Shown here: one piece after another, positions 11,146-21,937 of the stretch
How the letters are laid out: each line of letters starts with the position of its first letter
Numbering within the stretch: the stretch's first letter is position 1
Origin: Odoribacter sp.
GTDB taxonomy: Bacteria > Bacteroidota > Bacteroidia > Bacteroidales > Marinifilaceae
Direction: 5' to 3'
Length of the DNA: 64,000 nt
Assembly (NCBI GenBank): GCA_020024465.1
Contig: JAHHTT010000006.1
Location: 1,071 to 65,070, forward strand
The notes under the pieces: generated by a model
Databases searched by the model: none
The model's input: only the letters and a program-made list of their open reading frames with translations
What the model was told of the DNA's origin: nothing
Made by a program: the position numbers and the translations under genes

Positions 11146-12648
11146 ATGAAATTCAAATATATCCTTTCAGCTCTCTTTATGACAGGGCTATTTGCCTGCT
11201 ATGATGACGAAGGCAATTACGACTATCAGGAAATCAACGAAATCAGCGTTGTAGACAATCTAGAGGAAAATTATTCCGCCTACATGCTGGCAGATACCCT
11301 TAGAATCTCTCCCACTCTGAATTTCACACAAGATTCGACGACGGAGGGACGTTTCGAATACAGTTGGTATCTAACTTCCCAGCAAATATCCGAAGAGAAA
11401 ATAATAAAGATTTCCGATCAATTAAATCTGGTTTATCCGGTTACAGCCCAAGAGGGTTCCTATTATCTCAGTTTAGGAGTCAAAGACCTTGAAACTGGAG
11501 TAGAATGGCTGACTCACACAACGCTTAAAATAACGACCCTCTTTTCCAATGGTTGGCTGATGCTAGGAGAGAAAAACGGAGAAGTAGCATTGGATATGGT
11601 AACAATCAGTACAACAGGAGATACCATTATCACTCACGATATTTTGAAAAACTCAGGACTCCCCTCCTTAAAAGGTCCGAGAAAAATGTTTTCCACCTTC
11701 AGAGAAGGCTTTAAACCTTGGATGGCAGGCTGCTTTCTGATGACAGATGACGGGACATTTGAACTGGACAGAAAAAGTCTTACATCAGATGTGTCCACTA
11801 ACATCCGTGGAGTGATCTATGACCCTACCGTAACTGACGGATTTGCAGCAAGCGATCTTTTCCAAAACGGCACTTACCAACGCTATATGCTGGGAGACAA
11901 CAAAATATTTATCAACAACAGTCTGATGAATGCCAATGCATACGGAAACTGCATAAACAAATACAGCAAATATTCAGAAACATATTTCAAGGCGTATCCA
12001 GAAGCCCTTTACCAATATCATCCTTACATGATTTCCGGCAATCAAATGGTATACGATATGGACAACAAACGTTTTGCCCAATTCACTCAGGCATCCAGTT
12101 ATTGCGACACCCTGCCGGACAATGCAGGAGATCCCTTTACCTGGAAAACGGGGAATGAAATGATTGCCATCAACAATTCTCTATATAAGATAAATGGCAG
12201 TCTGGTCAGTTACGCCATCATGAAATCAACGGAAAACAAATATTATCTTTACAGTATGCTGACAAGCGTAACAAAAAAATTGGCACGCTATGATATCAGC
12301 ACTCTGCCAGGTATTGCACAAAGTAATAAATTTGCTTTCAGTTCTCTCACTCCACGTATGCTTTATGCAACAGGTTCCAAATTATATGCTTGCGAGTTCC
12401 TTCCCAGTGGCATCTCTTACAAAGAACTACAAGATTTCGGAGACGAAATCACGATGCTTTATCTTGACAATACCAAAGAATCCGGAAAAGATTTTTTCTA
12501 TATCGCAACTTACAATGAATCCAAAGGAGGCACTGTAGAGAAGTTTCAGCTATCAAACGACCCTAATGATATCAAGATAGAGAAACTTGAAAGAAGCAGA
12601 TGGGAAAAGTTGTGCAAAGTCACATCCATGTGTTGGAAATGGAATTAA
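11146..12648 (+). CDS. PKD-like family surface lipoprotein (probable beta-propeller C-terminus)
   Basis: Lipobox LFAC then YDDEGNYDYQEINEI; PKD-like N-terminal domain; NGWLMLGE motif. Confidence 0.75.
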   Translation: MKFKYILSALFMTGLFACYDDEGNYDYQEINEISVVDNLEENYSAYMLADTLRISPTLNFTQDSTTEGRFEYSWYLTSQQISEEKIIKISDQLNLVYPVTAQEGSYYLSLGVKDLETGVEWLTHTTLKITTLFSNGWLMLGEKNGEVALDMVTISTTGDTIITHDILKNSGLPSLKGPRKMFSTFREGFKPWMAGCFLMTDDGTFELDRKSLTSDVSTNIRGVIYDPTVTDGFAASDLFQNGTYQRYMLGDNKIFINNSLMNANAYGNCINKYSKYSETYFKAYPEALYQYHPYMISGNQMVYDMDNKRFAQFTQASSYCDTLPDNAGDPFTWKTGNEMIAINNSLYKINGSLVSYAIMKSTENKYYLYSMLTSVTKKLARYDISTLPGIAQSNKFAFSSLTPRMLYATGSKLYACEFLPSGISYKELQDFGDEITMLYLDNTKESGKDFFYIATYNESKGGTVEKFQLSNDPNDIKIEKLERSRWEKLCKVTSMCWKWN

Positions 12649-12694
12649 AAATTCTTGCCTTCCAATAAAAATATCTTACGACTGCAATAAATCA

Positions 12695-12727
12695 GGGCTG
12701 ACATGTTTTCCAATATGTCAGCCTTTT
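12695..12727 (+). terminator. Terminator of the susC locus 1 operon
   Basis: GGCTGACAT...ATGTCAGCC hairpin followed by TTTT. Confidence 0.7.
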
Positions 12728-12777
12728 ATATACCTTGGACACAATATTATGAAAACAGGTATTTTTACGAGCCTTGT

Positions 12778-13228
12778 ACGGGCAAGAGCCGCAAGCTCAA
12801 CGACGAGGATATGGTAGAAATGCAGAAGTTTGGCATCCGACATTCTCCTGATGGAACGTGGACAGTCTAAGGCTGTTACAGGCAAGGAACATCTGGAACG
12901 AAACGATTTCATCATTGAAAAGCAAAAAGCCGAACTGCAATACATGGATGCTGTAAAACAGCATAAGGAACACTGATAAATCTTGCCGCGCAGGAACTGA
13001 AACAGGTAAAATCAGAAATACGCACTGATAAATTCAAGAAGACAGCCACCAATGCAACCACAGCTATAGCAAGTGGTGTCGGTTCTCTTTTCGTCAGTGG
13101 AAAATTGAAAGATTTGGAGCAAGCCAATGAAAGTTGGAGAATGGTTCAGAGAGCAGTTTGATAGATTACGGCAAAACTTAAGAAAACCGACAGAAGAACC
13201 AAGAAAAAGCAGAGGATTCAAATTGTAA
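12778..13228 (+). pseudogene. Degenerate mobilization protein (relaxase/Mob) gene of a Bacteroidales mobilizable element
   Basis: Stitched across frameshifts: TGKSRKLNDEDMVEMQ / LASDILLMERGQSKAVTGKEHLERNDFIIEKQKAELQ / INLAAQELKQVKSEIRTDKFKKTATNA...SGKLKDLEQANE / VGEWFREQFDRLRQNLRKPTEEPRKSRGFKL*. Recognised from memory as resembling Bacteroides mobilizable-transposon Mob proteins. The N-terminus is missing and there is an internal deletion. Confidence 0.75.
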
Positions 13229-13303
13229 CAGTCCTTTTAGGCATAATAATAAATAGAGCAGCCTTTTATTTTAGCTACTCTATTTCTTGTGTAACAAATT
13301 GAA

Positions 13304-13588
13304 TTATAATTCAAAATAAGTTTTTAATGACTCTATATATTCTTCCATTGCTCTTTTCCCCGCTTCTGTTATTCTACAGGAAGTGCGAGGTTTCTTACCG
13401 ATAAAATCTTTGGTCATTTGTATATATCCGGCACTACTTAATTTATCCAGTTGGACACTCAGATTTCCCGAAGTAGCATTTGTCTTTTCTTTTAAATAAG
13501 TAAAATCCGCTTCCTTTACAGATAATAGTAGAGTCATTATAGCCAACCTTAACTGAGAATGTATAAGCGGATTCAGTTCTTTGAACAT
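13304..13588 (-). CDS. Winged-helix (MarR/ArsR-like) transcriptional regulator
   Basis: LNPLIHSQLRLAIM...ADFTYLKE...TSGNLSVQLDKL...GKKPRT. Confidence 0.85.
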   Translation of the reverse strand: MFKELNPLIHSQLRLAIMTLLLSVKEADFTYLKEKTNATSGNLSVQLDKLSSAGYIQMTKDFIGKKPRTSCRITEAGKRAMEEYIESLKTYFEL

Positions 13589-14199
13589 TGCCTTATTGAT
13601 TTTCTGTTAATAATATGCCCTGGAATAACCATCATAAAAACAAATGCCACGCCAAAATACAAATGCCAAAATGCCGTAGCACCATTTTGTAGGTTCAATG
13701 CCAATAACATGTATATAGCAATGAAGAAACTAAAAAGAGGCGTATAGACAAGTATCTTTTCATTCATTATGATTCCGGTTATCGAAGTTCCAATGGCTGC
13801 ATAAAGCAAACCCAACGGAAGCATAAGAGTAAAACTTATCTTATCCATACACAGTCCCAATATGATTATGGCAATAATGGTAAGGAAAAACAGTGTCCCG
13901 ATGACAAACCAAGTGTTTATGATTGCCTTATCCATATAAGTTACCACACGGGGCTTTTCTTTTTTGTTCTTTATTCCGATGATAATATTTGGAACAAACA
14001 TCAGGAACCACAAGGCAGCCCAAATAGGATTTGTCGTAAAGTAAACCAATCCGAATACAATCACGGAAATAACGAATGCGGAATAACCGTAATAAAGGAA
14101 AATGTTACCACTTCCCACTTCAAGGTTCTGCTTTGTCTGCTTCAACATTTGAGAAATCAATTCTAAACTGTCTTTCTCAGAAAAAGTGTTTTCTTTCAT
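13573..14199 (-). CDS. Integral membrane protein (about 6 TM) coupled to the winged-helix regulator
   Basis: SEKDSLELISQML N-terminus, multiple hydrophobic helices, overlaps the regulator start. Confidence 0.75.
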   Translation of the reverse strand: MKENTFSEKDSLELISQMLKQTKQNLEVGSGNIFLYYGYSAFVISVIVFGLVYFTTNPIWAALWFLMFVPNIIIGIKNKKEKPRVVTYMDKAIINTWFVIGTLFFLTIIAIIILGLCMDKISFTLMLPLGLLYAAIGTSITGIIMNEKILVYTPLFSFFIAIYMLLALNLQNGATAFWHLYFGVAFVFMMVIPGHIINRKSIRQCSKN

Positions 14200-14202
14200 A
14201 GA

Positions 14203-14379
14203 TTACTTCGTTTTTCTATTTTCATTTATTTGTTTTCTTATATCGACCAAGGTAATTGAAAAACACCGACAATTTTCCTTAACCTCAATCTGTTTTGTTG
14301 CGCAATACTCGATTGGAATTTCATTTTCTTTGTCAAGTTGCCAGTTCCCATTTGTGTCATGAATCACATATAATCTCAT
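14203..14379 (-). pseudogene. Truncated DUF2141-like gene fragment (58 aa)
   Basis: Manual translation MRLYVIHDTNGNWQLDKENEIPIEYCATKQIEVKENCRCFSITLVDIRKQINENRKTK*. The HDxNGNxxLD...IPxE pattern resembles the DUF2141 C-terminal half; it stops 3 nt before the membrane-protein ATG. Confidence 0.45.
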
Positions 14380-14532
14380 GACTGTAAAATAAATTAGTTT
14401 ATAAAATAAACCGGATACCGAATATTAAAGGAGAGTATTTCTTCTCTCCATCATATTCTATATACAAATATAAATAAGTTTATATTATAAACCAAACATT
14501 CTATCAACAATTTGAGGATTATCTTAAAAATA

Positions 14533-14575
14533 AGAACACCCAACTTTACATTCTTGGGTGTAAAATCGGGTGTTT
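14533..14575. mobile_element. Inverted/direct-repeat structure flanking the tRNA 3' end; probable att or arm-site remnant of a tRNA-targeting integrative element (could also act as the tRNA terminator)
   Basis: AACACCCAACTTTACA...TGTAAAATCGGGTGTT imperfect inverted repeat with three ACACCC copies, about 35 nt past the tRNA 3' end, on the same side as the mob remnant. Confidence 0.5.
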
Positions 14576-14607
14576 GTTTTTTAATTTACTGACTTTCAGC
14601 GTTTTTG

Positions 14608-14695
14608 CGGAGAGTGGGGGATTCGAACCCCCGGTACAGTAATCCCGTACGACAGTTTAGCAAACTGTTGGTTTCAGCCACTCACCCAACTCTCC
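14608..14695 (-). tRNA. tRNA-Ser(GCT)
   Basis: GGAGAGTTGGGTGAGTGGCTGAAACC-ACAGT-TTGCTAA-ACTGT-long variable arm-GGGGGTTCGAATCCCCC-ACTCTCCG; TACTTTTG promoter upstream. Confidence 0.97.
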
Positions 14696-14773
14696 ATTGG
14701 TAGCACCGAATTGCGCTGACAAAAGTAGAGTATTTTTTTTAACTTACAAACTTTTAGGCTACTTTTTCACTCA

Positions 14774-15226
14774 TTATTTCTTAAGTGTACACCCCCGACG
14801 CAGTTTATCAAATAGTCGGCGATGAAATTTATGCTCGGCTCTCTCTAATCTCCAAATTTTAGATGCAGGAACGACTTGCATTAATTTCCCATAATATTCT
14901 TTCTTGACATCACGCATTTTTTGTTCATGAGCTAAAATAAAATTAATAGAGGCTACATAATCCGATTCCTTCATCTCTTTTGCTTCCTGCACTCTTTTAC
15001 ATTCAGCTCTCATCATTTTCTCAATATCTCTATATTTTCTCTGCATTTCATTATACAAAGGCCAAAAAACAGCAGCCTCTTCTGGGGACAACTCTAATTC
15101 CTGAGTAAAAAAAGCTACTTTTTGTGCTTCAAATTCTTTACGTTTTTCATCTGTCAGCTTACCTGTCTGCGCAAAACAAATCCCTGTCCCAAATAAAAAT
15201 AATATTATAAACAAATAATTCTTCAT
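14774..15226 (-). CDS. Secreted helical protein, Spy/CpxP-like partner of the ECF module
   Basis: Signal peptide, KVAFFTQELELSPEEAAVFWPLYNE motif. Confidence 0.65.
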   Translation of the reverse strand: MKNYLFIILFLFGTGICFAQTGKLTDEKRKEFEAQKVAFFTQELELSPEEAAVFWPLYNEMQRKYRDIEKMMRAECKRVQEAKEMKESDYVASINFILAHEQKMRDVKKEYYGKLMQVVPASKIWRLERAEHKFHRRLFDKLRRGCTLKK

Positions 15227-15237
15227 ATAACCATTTT

Positions 15238-15624
15238 TTAGTAAACATCTGCCAATATCAATTCATAGTTATCTATTTCGATTGCCAAATACTCAATAAT
15301 TTCGTCATTCGTCGGATTGAACCCACTATCAAAAATATCATCTGCCAATATTTCTTCCTCCGAAGTGCCTTGAACAATCGTATCATTTAACAAATCCTCT
15401 CCCCTTTCCATCGCTATCGGGACCAGCATATACATACCGCCCATCATTACCACAAACATCGCCACAATACCGATATAAGGACGAAATACCTGTAAAAGAT
15501 TCGACTTATGTATTTCCTTTTTACTTTCCGTAAGTTCCATAATCCTTTCTGTCAGTCTATCAAAATAACCATCAGGCACTGTAAACGGATTTTTTTCCCT
15601 ATACTTTTCATTCATGTTTTCCAT
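15238..15624 (-). CDS. Putative anti-sigma factor
   Basis: NPFTVPDGYFD N-terminal motif plus a single TM helix, directly downstream of the ECF sigma. Confidence 0.7.
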   Translation of the reverse strand: MENMNEKYREKNPFTVPDGYFDRLTERIMELTESKKEIHKSNLLQVFRPYIGIVAMFVVMMGGMYMLVPIAMERGEDLLNDTIVQGTSEEEILADDIFDSGFNPTNDEIIEYLAIEIDNYELILADVY

Positions 15625-15630
15625 TACCGA

Positions 15631-16194
15631 TTAATTTAAGGTATCTACAATTTTAAGAGTTGCCTCCACTTTTTGCACGGCATTATGATACGTTGCCTTT
15701 AAAGTGCCGATCGCCACACCCAATGTCTGCGAAATTTCTTCATAAGACATATCATCAAAATAACGCATATTGAAAACAATACGTTGCCTATCAGACAACA
15801 TCAAGATAGCACACTGCAATTCTTTTTGGATTTTATCTTCAGAAAAAAAGTATTTGTCACTTTCTAAGGTATTGATCAAAAAATCAGAAATTTCATCTGA
15901 ATTACCATAAACCTTACGTCTTTTTTCATTCAAAAAATTCAAAGCCTCATTGGTTGCTATCCGACAAATCCAAGTATAAAGCTTTGATTCAAAACGAAAT
16001 TCTTTTAAACGCTGCCATGTTTTTACAAAGACATTTTGCAAAATGTCATCTGTATCTTCATGACTTATGACAATTTTACGTATATGCCAATAAAGACGCT
16101 CTTTATACTTGTCTACCAACAATCTGAATGCATCCTGTTCACGATTGCTGTCGTGAAATAATTTGAGGATAGCATCATCTTCAATTACATTCAT
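15631..16194 (-). CDS. ECF RNA polymerase sigma factor (RpoE/SigW-like)
   Basis: DTDDILQNVFVKTW...SKLYTWICRIATNEAL; YEEISQTLGVAIGTLKATYH. Confidence 0.92.
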   Translation of the reverse strand: MNVIEDDAILKLFHDSNREQDAFRLLVDKYKERLYWHIRKIVISHEDTDDILQNVFVKTWQRLKEFRFESKLYTWICRIATNEALNFLNEKRRKVYGNSDEISDFLINTLESDKYFFSEDKIQKELQCAILMLSDRQRIVFNMRYFDDMSYEEISQTLGVAIGTLKATYHNAVQKVEATLKIVDTLN

Positions 16195-16221
16195 GATACA
16201 TTCTTCATTTACTTTCTATTC

Positions 16222-16248
16222 TTAGACAAATCCATTACAGAAAAGTTT
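16222..16248 (-). promoter_or_regulatory. RpoE-type ECF promoter, probably autoregulatory
   Basis: Minus strand AAACTT-N15-GTCTAA, 27 nt upstream of the ECF start codon. Confidence 0.6.
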
Positions 16249-17245
16249 ATTCCATCAGCTCTGAAAATGTACGTACTCTTTTAAAATAATAGCGGAATAT
16301 TAAACTACGAGGATAAATACAAGCATCACGCCGAGTTCCGACTCCATGTTTATAATGCTTTTTCAACAAGAGAAACTCGCGGTAAGCCTGTATTACAGAT
16401 TTGACATGAGACCACTCCCCTTTAAACAAAAACATTAACATTGCAGCACAATCCAAAAACCATCTCTGCCAACAGACACGTTTCCATTCACAACGACTCA
16501 GATTTTTATATAACATCAACAAATTATTCCGATAGTTCAAAAACAATTTGCGAGGATGGTCCATCGGCAAAGAACCTCCTCCCAAATGATACACAACAGA
16601 ATCCGGACAAACATTCAATTTTCTTCCAGCATTCCGCAAACGCCAACACATATCAATCTCTTCCATATGAGCAAAAAAACGCTCATCCAAACCTCCCACC
16701 TGCATATAGGCTTCCCGACGTATACACAATGCCGCACCACTACACCAAAACACCTCCCGCACATCATTGTATTGTCCTTCATCTGTTTCAAGAGTACCCA
16801 ATATCCGACCCCGGCAAAACGGGAAGCCCAAATAATCAATAAAGCCTCCACAAGCTCCTGCATATTCAAAACATTTCTTATCTTTATAAGCTTTGATTTT
16901 AGGCTGTACCGCTACAACATTATGATCCTTTTCCAAAAGATCGACCAATGGCTCCAACCATCCTTCAGAAACCTCAACATCACTGTTTAACAACACTACG
17001 ATCTCTTCCCCCTGCATAGCAATAGCACGGTTATAGCCTCCTGCAAATCCATAATTATTGTCAAATTGTATATACTCTACTTCGGGAAACATTGTATGCA
17101 TCATCGTTGCGGAACCATCAGAAGAAGCATTATCAACCACAATAACTTTTCCTATTTCAGGATTGGTATTCCGAATTACAGATGGCAAAAACTCCTGCAA
17201 TAATTTTTCCCCATTCCAATTCAATATAATAACAGCAACTTTCAT
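16247..17245 (-). CDS. Glycosyltransferase family 2
   Basis: VAVIILNWNG, VVDNASSDGS, LLNSD, FFAHMEEIDMCWR. Confidence 0.92.
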   Translation of the reverse strand: MKVAVIILNWNGEKLLQEFLPSVIRNTNPEIGKVIVVDNASSDGSATMMHTMFPEVEYIQFDNNYGFAGGYNRAIAMQGEEIVVLLNSDVEVSEGWLEPLVDLLEKDHNVVAVQPKIKAYKDKKCFEYAGACGGFIDYLGFPFCRGRILGTLETDEGQYNDVREVFWCSGAALCIRREAYMQVGGLDERFFAHMEEIDMCWRLRNAGRKLNVCPDSVVYHLGGGSLPMDHPRKLFLNYRNNLLMLYKNLSRCEWKRVCWQRWFLDCAAMLMFLFKGEWSHVKSVIQAYREFLLLKKHYKHGVGTRRDACIYPRSLIFRYYFKRVRTFSELME

Positions 17246-17248
17246 TTC

Positions 17249-18124
17249 CTAATTTATTTCCCTTTTATGTTTCCAACGACGATGCGACCATAACCACAAT
17301 TCCGGTTTTTCCTGAATATAACGTTCCAACATATGCGTGTGCATACGAGTTAATTCTCCCGGTTCTAAAGCATCGGGATTATTGCATAAGTCCATAATAT
17401 CCACTTCATAATAACCCCGTTTCACTTTTCGCATCCGCAGAGATACGACAGGAAGATTAAACTTACGGGCAATTTTTTCAGTACCAATCAATACAGGAGT
17501 ATCTTGATGAAGAAATTCCATCCAGAAATTCAAATTTGCCGCATTAGGAGTCTGATCACCAATAAAAGCAGCAAAGAAGAGGCGTCCTATCCGACGATTA
17601 TTTACAATTTCGCGCAGCACATCATTTTTAGGCACAGGCTTTGCGCCAAAACGCGAACGAATCTGATGCATCATATTGTCAAACACTAAATTATGAAGCG
17701 GTTTATATAAAGTAAAAAAATCAACATCTTTAGACATCCACAAACTATAAGAAGCCATCCACTCCCAATTACCATAATGCCCCAATACAACAATAAGACT
17801 TCTCCCTTCTTTCAAATAACGCTGCACCACTTCATTATTGTTAAAAACACACCTACGCTTTATCTCCTCTGCCGACATATTCCACATCCGATACGACTCA
17901 ACAAAAAAATCACATAAGTGATGATAAAAACCCTTGGCAATACCGATCAATTCAGCTTCGGATTTGTCAGGAAAAGAATTTTTCAAATTCATCATCACGA
18001 CCTTACGCCGATAACCTATTACATAATAAAGCAAAACATAACATACATCTGCAAATAAATATAACACCCGCAACGGCAAAAGACTCAACACCCAAACAAT
18101 TCCATATAAAATTTTTGACAACAT
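17249..18124 (-). CDS. Lipid A biosynthesis acyltransferase (LpxL/HtrB family)
   Basis: GHYGNWE, DQTP, PELWLWSHRRWK motifs. Confidence 0.9.
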   Translation of the reverse strand: MLSKILYGIVWVLSLLPLRVLYLFADVCYVLLYYVIGYRRKVVMMNLKNSFPDKSEAELIGIAKGFYHHLCDFFVESYRMWNMSAEEIKRRCVFNNNEVVQRYLKEGRSLIVVLGHYGNWEWMASYSLWMSKDVDFFTLYKPLHNLVFDNMMHQIRSRFGAKPVPKNDVLREIVNNRRIGRLFFAAFIGDQTPNAANLNFWMEFLHQDTPVLIGTEKIARKFNLPVVSLRMRKVKRGYYEVDIMDLCNNPDALEPGELTRMHTHMLERYIQEKPELWLWSHRRWKHKREIN

Positions 18125-18357
18125 AATGATCTCTACAATTTATCATATCACATTCTCTAATCAGAAATTGCTACAAAAGTACAAAGAGTTCATTTAAAAA
18201 CAGACAATTAAAAGACAATAAAAATTAATTTGCCACTTTCATAATTTATTACTATTTTCGTGAATTCAATAAAGCATTGGGATCATCAAATAAAGTGATG
18301 ATTAATTAACCAAAGCACATTGCATCTGGTACACATACACTTAACTGCTGACGAATT

Positions 18358-20178
18358 ATGGAGCAAGAAAACAACATCAGAGACATTAACACTGCAGATG
18401 AGCAACTCATCAATCATGAAGGAACCACTGCCGAACCAGCGAAAGAAGTTATAGGAATCCCCGTTATTGATTTCTCGACTTTTTCAACCGAAGAAATTGT
18501 AAAACATCTGCAAAAGCTGATGGAACAATATCCCATGAATTTATTAAAAGACATCATGGATACTCTTCCAGAAGTATTTGAATCCAAATACAAAGCAGAA
18601 TACAATACGGCATTAGCCGCGTTCACTGCCGATGGAGATAGTCCGGATAATTTTGAATATAAAAACGACAGTAAAGAATCTTTCAACCAATTGTATAAAA
18701 TCTACAGAGACAAACGTAGCGCACAAAACAGACAAGCAGAAGCCGAAAGAGAAGAGAATCTAAAAACCAAACAAGGAATCATTGAGGAACTGAAAGTATT
18801 GATTCAAAAAGAAGAGTCCATGGACAAAACGTTCCAAGAATTCCGTGAATTACAAGAACGGTGGAAAAACACCGGTCCTGTGCCACAAGCCCAACTTAAT
18901 GGATTGTTAGAAACGTATCATCACCATGTTGAAAATTTCTACAATTACATAAAAATCAACAAAGAGCTTCGCGATTTAGATCTCAAACACAATCTGGAAG
19001 AAAAAACAGCACTGTGCGAAGAAGCTGAAAAGCTAGATAAAGGGAATGACATCACAGGTGCATTTAAACAACTTCAACTTTTACATGCCCGCTGGAAAGA
19101 AATCGGCCCCATCCCCAAAGAGCAAAAAGAATCGCTGTGGGAAAGATTTAAAAATGCCAGTACGCAAATAAACGACAAGTACCATAAATTTTTCGAAACT
19201 TTAAAAGAAGAACAGGAAAATAATTTACGGATTAAAGAAGAATTGTGCACGAAAGCAGAGGCAATTACATCCGAAGAATACAAGACCATGGCCCAATGGC
19301 AAGCTGCCACACAAAAAATCCTTGACCTGCAACAAGAATGGAAACAATCTGGCAATGTACCACAAAAAGAACGCACTCGGATATATAAAAAATTCAGAAG
19401 TATCTGCGACATTTTTTTCGAAAAGAAACGTGCATTCCATGCTGAATTAGATATTGAATTGGAAAAGAATCTGCAATTGAAAATCGCTCTTTGCGAAAAA
19501 GTAGAAGCAATCAAAGACAGCACAGACTGGAAAACCACAACAGACAAAATCATTGCCTGTCAAAAAGAATGGAAAAAAATCGGTCCTGCTCCACGCAAAT
19601 ACTCCAACAAAGTATGGGCAAGATTCCGCGCAGCATGTGATGTTTTCTTCAATAACAAAAGTCTGCATTTCAAAGACAAGGATGCAGAACAGGAACAAAA
19701 TCTAGAACTGAAAAAAGCACTGATAGAAGAGGTAAAACTATTTTCTCTCAGCAAAAACATCGAGGAAGACATTGAAAAATTGAAAGATTTTCAAAATCGC
19801 TGGAACAAAATAGGTTTTGTTCCCATCAAAGAAAAAGATACCATACAAGAAGAATTCAGAAGTTCTATCAACCATTGGTTTGATCAATTGAACCTGGACG
19901 AATTCGATCGCAATCTGGAACGCTTCCGAGCCAAAATCAGCTCTTTAGACTCAGACGAGAACAAAGAATACAAGATTATCAACGAACGCGAAAAACTTGT
20001 AACCAAAATTCACCAGCTAGAGACGGACATCCACACTTGGGAAAACAACATTGGCTTCATTGCCAAATCCAACAAATCCCAAGGACTCTTAAATGAATTA
20101 GAATCGAAAATCGATAAAACCCGCCAACGTTTAAATCTCCTGCAAGAAAAACTAAAAGCATTGGATGAGATGATTTAA
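18358..20178 (+). CDS. DUF349 repeat protein
   Basis: Repeated ENLxxKxxLCE...LQxxWKxIGPVP...LWxRF units. Confidence 0.88.
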   Translation: MEQENNIRDINTADEQLINHEGTTAEPAKEVIGIPVIDFSTFSTEEIVKHLQKLMEQYPMNLLKDIMDTLPEVFESKYKAEYNTALAAFTADGDSPDNFEYKNDSKESFNQLYKIYRDKRSAQNRQAEAEREENLKTKQGIIEELKVLIQKEESMDKTFQEFRELQERWKNTGPVPQAQLNGLLETYHHHVENFYNYIKINKELRDLDLKHNLEEKTALCEEAEKLDKGNDITGAFKQLQLLHARWKEIGPIPKEQKESLWERFKNASTQINDKYHKFFETLKEEQENNLRIKEELCTKAEAITSEEYKTMAQWQAATQKILDLQQEWKQSGNVPQKERTRIYKKFRSICDIFFEKKRAFHAELDIELEKNLQLKIALCEKVEAIKDSTDWKTTTDKIIACQKEWKKIGPAPRKYSNKVWARFRAACDVFFNNKSLHFKDKDAEQEQNLELKKALIEEVKLFSLSKNIEEDIEKLKDFQNRWNKIGFVPIKEKDTIQEEFRSSINHWFDQLNLDEFDRNLERFRAKISSLDSDENKEYKIINEREKLVTKIHQLETDIHTWENNIGFIAKSNKSQGLLNELESKIDKTRQRLNLLQEKLKALDEMI

Positions 20179-20212
20179 AACAATCAGATACAGACCATCC
20201 ATTTATGACATA

Positions 20213-21915
<1,703 letters not shown>

Positions 21916-21937
21916 TCAGTATACTAATTATTAAAAT

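Noticed and set aside
18358..20178. Internal repeats in the 606-aa protein
   Set aside because: Ordinary DUF349 protein repeats, not a DNA repeat array
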